A stretch of 64,000 nt of DNA from Promethearchaeota archaeon (GTDB lineage: Archaea > Asgardarchaeota > Lokiarchaeia > Sigyniarchaeales > SOKP01): contig JAHPZJ010000015.1 of NCBI GenBank assembly GCA_019058245.1, positions 1 to 64,000 of the forward strand, read 5' to 3'. How positions within the stretch are numbered: position 1 is the stretch's first letter; each line of letters begins with the position of its first letter. Positions 59,420-64,000 of the stretch are shown piece by piece. Under the pieces are notes generated by a model. It ran no database searches, was not told where the DNA came from, and saw nothing but the letters and a program-made list of their open reading frames with translations. Position numbers and translations under genes: made by a program.

Positions 59420-60331
59420 ATGACTATGAAAGATGCGATAAGAAAATTTGTTAATGATGGAGAGATGGTTTTTTTGGGTGGTTTTGCGCATGGTATTCCG
59501 TTTTCTGCGGCTCATGAAATGATTAGATTAAAAAAGCGAAAACTCAAACTTTGTAAAGCCAGTGGAGGGATCCTATTTGATCAACTAATTGGCGCAGGAG
59601 TTACAAATCATATAATTACATCACATTGTTGGAATGGATTCGGTCCACAGCCTACTTGGAATTATAAGCGAGCTATAGAAAAGGGAATACCACATAAAAT
59701 AATCTATAATGAACAGTCATTATTTATGATTAATATGTCTTTTTTTGCGGGTTATATGGGTATTCCATTTGTTCCTATTAGATCATTAGTAGGTACAAGC
59801 ATCATTGAACATCCAAAAGAAGTTGGACTAAAAGCTACTATGGTAAAATGCCCATTTACGGGAGAGAATACTTGTGTTGTTCCTGCTATCAATCCTGATG
59901 TTGGAATAATACATGTACAAAGAGCCGATAGTGAAGGAAATGCTCAAATGTGGGGTTTTATTGGTGAAAATAAATATGGGATTAACGCTTGTAAAAAAAT
60001 TATTGTATCTGCAGAAGAAATAGTAGATAGAAAGGTTATTATGGAATCTCCTGAACGTACAATAGTAAACTCATATAAAGTTGATGCTGTTATTCATGAA
60101 CCATGGGGTGGACATCCTTATAGCATGCAGGGATTTTATTATACCGATTTGAAATATAATTTTAATTATACGAAAGAAACAAAAACAATTGAAGACTGGG
60201 AGGATTGGCTTGAAAAATGGGTTACTGGAGTAAATGATAGACAAGAATATTTAAAAGTTTTAGGTGAGAAAAGGATTAAGAAATTGAAAGCGAAGAATAT
60301 GATACAAGGAGCTGTTGATTATGGGTTCTGA
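59420..60331 (+). CDS. Family I CoA-transferase subunit A (glutaconate CoA-transferase-like)
   Basis: FLGGF, DQLIGAG, CPFTG, PDVGIIHVQRADSEGN and PWGGHP motifs. Confidence 0.9.
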   Translation: MTMKDAIRKFVNDGEMVFLGGFAHGIPFSAAHEMIRLKKRKLKLCKASGGILFDQLIGAGVTNHIITSHCWNGFGPQPTWNYKRAIEKGIPHKIIYNEQSLFMINMSFFAGYMGIPFVPIRSLVGTSIIEHPKEVGLKATMVKCPFTGENTCVVPAINPDVGIIHVQRADSEGNAQMWGFIGENKYGINACKKIIVSAEEIVDRKVIMESPERTIVNSYKVDAVIHEPWGGHPYSMQGFYYTDLKYNFNYTKETKTIEDWEDWLEKWVTGVNDRQEYLKVLGEKRIKKLKAKNMIQGAVDYGF

Positions 60332-61160
60332 AGAAGAGAAAAAGTATTGTACTGAATACACTGGCTACGAAATGATGCTAATATCAGCGAGTAGGCAAAT
60401 TAAAGCAAATGACATAATATTTAATGCTTTTCATTGGCCATACCTAGCCGTTCACATAGCAAGATTATTACACTTTCCCAATCTCTATACTGTTATTGAA
60501 ATAGGAAACATACAAGACCAACTTATTAAACCAACTAGGATGCCCTATTCTATAAGTGATCCAGTTATTGTTCCAAACTCCCTATTTATAGGAGATTCAG
60601 TGGATGTTTTATCAGTTCTACAGCGAGGAGAAATAACATTAGCCTTTCTAAGTACTTCAATGATAGATAAGTATGGTAATTGCAATACTACTGTAATAGG
60701 ATCATATGATAAACCTATTTATCGATTACCAGGTGGTGGTGGCGCTACAGAGATTGCTGCATTATCAAAAAAGGTGATCTGGCTTTTAGATGAACATACT
60801 AAACGCAAGTTTCAAGATAGATTACAATATATTACCGATCCAGGATATCTAGATGGATATGATAGTAGAATAAAGGCGGGATATCCTCCTGATAGTGGTC
60901 CTGAAGCTATTATTTCTCCTCTATGTATTATGCGGTTTGATTCCAAAACTAAAGAAGCATATCTGGACGCTTTGCACCCAAATATATCCATTGAAGAAGT
61001 AAAAGAAAATACCGGTTGGGATCTAAAGGTTGCGAAAGAATTAAAACAAATTGAACCCCCAACAATTAGAGAAATCGAAGTATGCAGAAAAACTATGAAA
61101 GACGCTATTGAACAGTGTTATATATTAAAACCAGAGTGGATTACCTATTTAGAGAAGTAA
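60321..61160 (+). CDS. Family I CoA-transferase subunit B
   Basis: VIEIG (catalytic Glu region), IDKYGNCNTT, RLPGGGGA and VKENTGW motifs. Confidence 0.9.
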   Translation: MGSEEEKKYCTEYTGYEMMLISASRQIKANDIIFNAFHWPYLAVHIARLLHFPNLYTVIEIGNIQDQLIKPTRMPYSISDPVIVPNSLFIGDSVDVLSVLQRGEITLAFLSTSMIDKYGNCNTTVIGSYDKPIYRLPGGGGATEIAALSKKVIWLLDEHTKRKFQDRLQYITDPGYLDGYDSRIKAGYPPDSGPEAIISPLCIMRFDSKTKEAYLDALHPNISIEEVKENTGWDLKVAKELKQIEPPTIREIEVCRKTMKDAIEQCYILKPEWITYLEK

Positions 61161-61279
61161 TTTTACATCCTCTATATAACTTTATAATCTGTTTTGTTAA
61201 AACATCTTTATAATTTTCTTTTAATTTTAATTCTTTAAGGGTTTTAGAGAATAAAATTAATATTGCATTTATTCATTGA

Positions 61280-61370
61280 TGACTAATAGTCAATTAGTGA
61301 CCAAAAGTTTAAATATGATTATACTCATTATATAAATAATGACCCTTGGTCAAAATATGAATTATAGTCA
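61280..61370. promoter_or_regulatory. Four TGAC-N5-GTCA-type operators upstream of tetR
   Basis: TGACTAATAGTCA at 61280, TGACCAAAAGTTT at 61298, TGACCCTTGGTCA at 61340 and TGAATTATAGTCA at 61358. Confidence 0.7.
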
Positions 61371-61393
61371 GTATCATAAATAGTGAATTTATT

Positions 61394-62080
61394 ATGAATT
61401 CATCAAATCAAGAAAAATTAAGTCCAGCAAGAATCAGAAGAGAAAGAGAAAAAAAACAACGACGCTCAACCATTATTCAGGCAGCAGAAAAACTATTTAT
61501 CTCTCGAGGATTTGAAACAACTACTATGGAACAAATTGCTAATGAATCAGAATATAGCAAGGGAACATTATATAATTATTATAAGTCTAAAGATGAATTA
61601 TTTCTAGCTATTGGGATAAAAGCTTATTCTCTAATAATCAATTATTCCACTGAATTTATAGAAAAAGAAAAGCCCGGATTAAAACAACTAATGGCAGTAG
61701 GATATGCTTATTATGAATTTACAAAAGATAATCCAAATTATGCTTCGATCTTTCATGATATAGGATTGAAATTTCCTGATATTGCATCTAAATCTAAAAA
61801 TGAGCTCTCAAAGATTGAAAAAGAGTATCTTGATTTAAGTAATAAATATAGAGATATTTTTGTTAAAGTAATGAATGATGCTGTAAAAAACAAATCAATT
61901 CGTGCTGATAAAACTCCTTTTATGATAGGTTATGTACTCTCAACTCTCACAAGAGGTTTAGTTGAAGATTTAATGCATTCAAAGGAAATTGCTAAGAAAA
62001 GATTTAATTTAAAACCGGATGAAGTTATAGATTTTGCATTCGATATTATTGGTGAAGGTTTAAAACCAAAGGAAAAATAA
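61394..62080 (+). CDS. TetR/AcrR family transcriptional regulator
   Basis: IIQAAEKLF...TTMEQIA...SKGTLYNYYKSKDELF. Confidence 0.92.
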   Translation: MNSSNQEKLSPARIRREREKKQRRSTIIQAAEKLFISRGFETTTMEQIANESEYSKGTLYNYYKSKDELFLAIGIKAYSLIINYSTEFIEKEKPGLKQLMAVGYAYYEFTKDNPNYASIFHDIGLKFPDIASKSKNELSKIEKEYLDLSNKYRDIFVKVMNDAVKNKSIRADKTPFMIGYVLSTLTRGLVEDLMHSKEIAKKRFNLKPDEVIDFAFDIIGEGLKPKEK

Positions 62081-62101
62081 AAATAAGGAGGAATAAAAAA
62101 A

Positions 62102-62590
62102 ATGTCGAAAGTATTAATTGTATATTATTCTCTCACAGGTAATACTAAATTAATTGCAGAAGCAATAACAGAGTCAATAAATGCAGATGTTCTTGAATTA
62201 AAACCTGTGAAAGAACTCAATGCTGAAAGTGGGATGAAATACTTTTGGGGCGGTTTCCAAGCAACAATGAAAAGAAAACCCAAATTAAAAGATTTTGATA
62301 TCGATCCACTAATCTATGATTTAATTATTATTGGAACACCCGTATGGGCGTGGACATATTCTCCACCAATTCGTTCTTTCTTGTCAAAATTTGATCTATC
62401 AAGTAAGAAAGTGGCACTCTGGACAAGTAGTGATGGAGATGGTGTAAAAGCAATGAGTAGATTTAAAAATACTCTAAGGAATAGTAATATCATTGGTGAA
62501 ATCAGTTTTATATCTCCAAAAAAGCATGGAGTAGACGAAGCCAAAGAAAAAGCAATAGCTTGGGCAAATGAGATTATTCAGAATATATAA
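62102..62590 (+). CDS. Flavodoxin-like protein
   Basis: YYSLTGNT and GTPVWAW motifs. Confidence 0.88.
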   Translation: MSKVLIVYYSLTGNTKLIAEAITESINADVLELKPVKELNAESGMKYFWGGFQATMKRKPKLKDFDIDPLIYDLIIIGTPVWAWTYSPPIRSFLSKFDLSSKKVALWTSSDGDGVKAMSRFKNTLRNSNIIGEISFISPKKHGVDEAKEKAIAWANEIIQNI

Positions 62591-62609
62591 ATTATGAGAG
62601 TGTTATAGA

Positions 62610-63386
62610 ATGGGACAACGCAAGAAATCATTTAAATTCAGAAAACTTTTGATGTTCTTATGGCTAATTGCTTTACCCATCACGTTTAATTGGATGTCGC
62701 CTGTTCTCATTATAATGGGAGGCTTTGAAGGTTATATTACAATAAGCTTCATTGTCTTTGCTACTTGGTTCATTTCATCATTATTTTTCGGTAGAGCTTT
62801 TTGTGCATATGGGTGTCAATGGGGAGCAGTTCAAGAAGTTCTAGGGGATACAATACCAAAGAAATTAGATCCCACTAAAAAAAAGAAAAGAAGGAAGATT
62901 AAATATATTGTCTTTATTGTTTGGATTGCTTTTATTGCTTTAGGACCAATATTAAATTTAGGATATCAATATGGATTTAGTCCATTTTATCCAACTCCCG
63001 AAGATCCTACAGCAATAATTTCATGGAATGAATTTGCAATTGGAATGTTGATTTTCTATTTTGGAATTATTGGATCGGTAGCGATTCTATTTACAATAGT
63101 AGGAGGAAAACGATCTTTTTGTAATTATGCGTGTCCTATGGGAGTTTTAGGAGTTATAGGGACAAAAATCAAAAATGCCTTTAAATACCCTTCCCTCCAC
63201 TTAGAAGTAAATAATGAAAAATGCACTCAGTGTAAGCAATGTTCAAAAACATGTGAGATGGGGCTTGATGTCAATGAATTAGTACAAAAAGGAGATATGT
63301 ATGATCCAGATTGTATTCTATGCGGCAGTTGTATTTCTAATTGCCCTCAGGATGTTATAAATTATGCATTGAAATGGAGAAAGTAA
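62610..63386 (+). CDS. Membrane 4Fe-4S binding protein (NapH/MauN-like)
   Basis: GRAFCAYGCQWG, RSFCNYACPMG and two CxxCxxCxxxC motifs. Confidence 0.85.
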   Translation: MGQRKKSFKFRKLLMFLWLIALPITFNWMSPVLIIMGGFEGYITISFIVFATWFISSLFFGRAFCAYGCQWGAVQEVLGDTIPKKLDPTKKKKRRKIKYIVFIVWIAFIALGPILNLGYQYGFSPFYPTPEDPTAIISWNEFAIGMLIFYFGIIGSVAILFTIVGGKRSFCNYACPMGVLGVIGTKIKNAFKYPSLHLEVNNEKCTQCKQCSKTCEMGLDVNELVQKGDMYDPDCILCGSCISNCPQDVINYALKWRK

Positions 63387-63571
63387 AAATCTTTAATAAA
63401 TATCTTTCATTTTTTATTTAAAATTTTTTTTATACAAATGTCAAGAGATAGAGAATATATAGTGCTCTATATTGTATTTTAATTTACATTTTTCACATAG
63501 AATAAAGCAATTACATTGAAAAGCTGTTTTTAGTTATTTTTTATTAAGGGTATATAAAAAATAATAAGATA

Positions 63572-63691
63572 ATGCAAGTACAAGCAGAAATAATTCAACT
63601 CACATGGGTACCTTGCACTAAATGCAAGTGGATTTTTAATGCAAAAATTACAACAGACATCCTTCATCATCCAAGTTTTTATTTTAGATAG
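63572..63691 (+). CDS. Possible 39-aa CxxC microprotein
   Basis: MQVQAEIIQLTWVPCTKCKWIFNAKITTDILHHPSFYFR*, preceded by TATATAAA at ~63551. Confidence 0.35.
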   Translation: MQVQAEIIQLTWVPCTKCKWIFNAKITTDILHHPSFYFR

Positions 63692-63819
63692 ATTAAAAAT
63701 ACTTCTTCTTCATAACCTTTTTATTTGAATTTTAATTATCTTTATCGATATGTACAGTCATACATATCATTAATCTTTAATTTATAAAATAACTAAAACA
63801 AAAAATAGGAAATTATAAA

Positions 63820-64000
63820 ATGTCATCAAGAAGACCATTAAAAGAATTTGTAGGTGATCATAAAACAGCTATTATATTAGCAATTATAATCATTGTGGGA
63901 GGTTCAGTTGGAACATATTTTGTTATTGATTATTTGAATGCTCAAAATCCAGAAAAAATAACATTAGCAACAACAACATCTACATATGATTCAGGACTAT
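63820..64000 (+). CDS. tupA: Tungstate ABC transporter substrate-binding protein (partial)
   Basis: N-terminal TM, then the TupA signature LATTTSTYDSGL; runs off the window. Confidence 0.8.
   Translation, partial: MSSRRPLKEFVGDHKTAIILAIIIIVGGSVGTYFVIDYLNAQNPEKITLATTTSTYDSGL

Noticed and set aside
1780-62544. Numerous short antisense or overlapping ORFs in the track (e.g. 1780-1992, 2673-3002, 25021-25380, 35870-36187, 56912-57202)
   Set aside because: They are shadow ORFs of well-supported genes.
1-64000. IS elements, integrases, prophage genes, rRNA
   Set aside because: No transposase, recombinase or viral motifs, and no rRNA-like sequence, were seen.

Overview
AT-rich archaeal chromosomal window, most likely an Asgard archaeon (Lokiarchaeia/Promethearchaeota-like). 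This assignment is inferred from the longin/roadblock proteins, a roadblock-small GTPase fusion, a gelsolin-like protein, multi-TM-longin proteins, IPGF-type C-terminal anchors and a BHB-intron tRNA. The first ~17 kb is an isoprenoid supercluster: HMG-CoA synthase fused to a DUF35-like domain, a haloarchaeal-type phosphomevalonate decarboxylase, class II HMG-CoA reductase, the archaeal AMPD (UbiD)/AcnX dehydratase/UbiX route, mevalonate kinase, an IPK-IDI2 fusion, a trans-prenyltransferase and a geranylgeranyl reductase. The standout observation is that the mevalonate kinase gene is split inside its conserved GKxILFGE|H motif by a 31-nt insertion (8315-8345) that carries stop codons and shifts the frame. 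The insertion folds into a bulge-helix-bulge-like structure whose predicted cut sites restore the motif exactly, so it is a candidate endonuclease-spliced mRNA intron. A tRNA-Leu(CAG) with two non-canonically placed BHB introns lies in the same window. The rest of the window holds two orphan DNA methyltransferases, eukaryotic-signature proteins, tandem surface-anchored C13-like peptidases, a repeat-flanked kinase gene, a P1B ATPase, an SDR-QueC fusion, a pair of coiled-coil/winged-helix proteins, a CoA-transferase, a TetR operon and the start of tupA. All calls come from reading motifs by eye; no searches were run.
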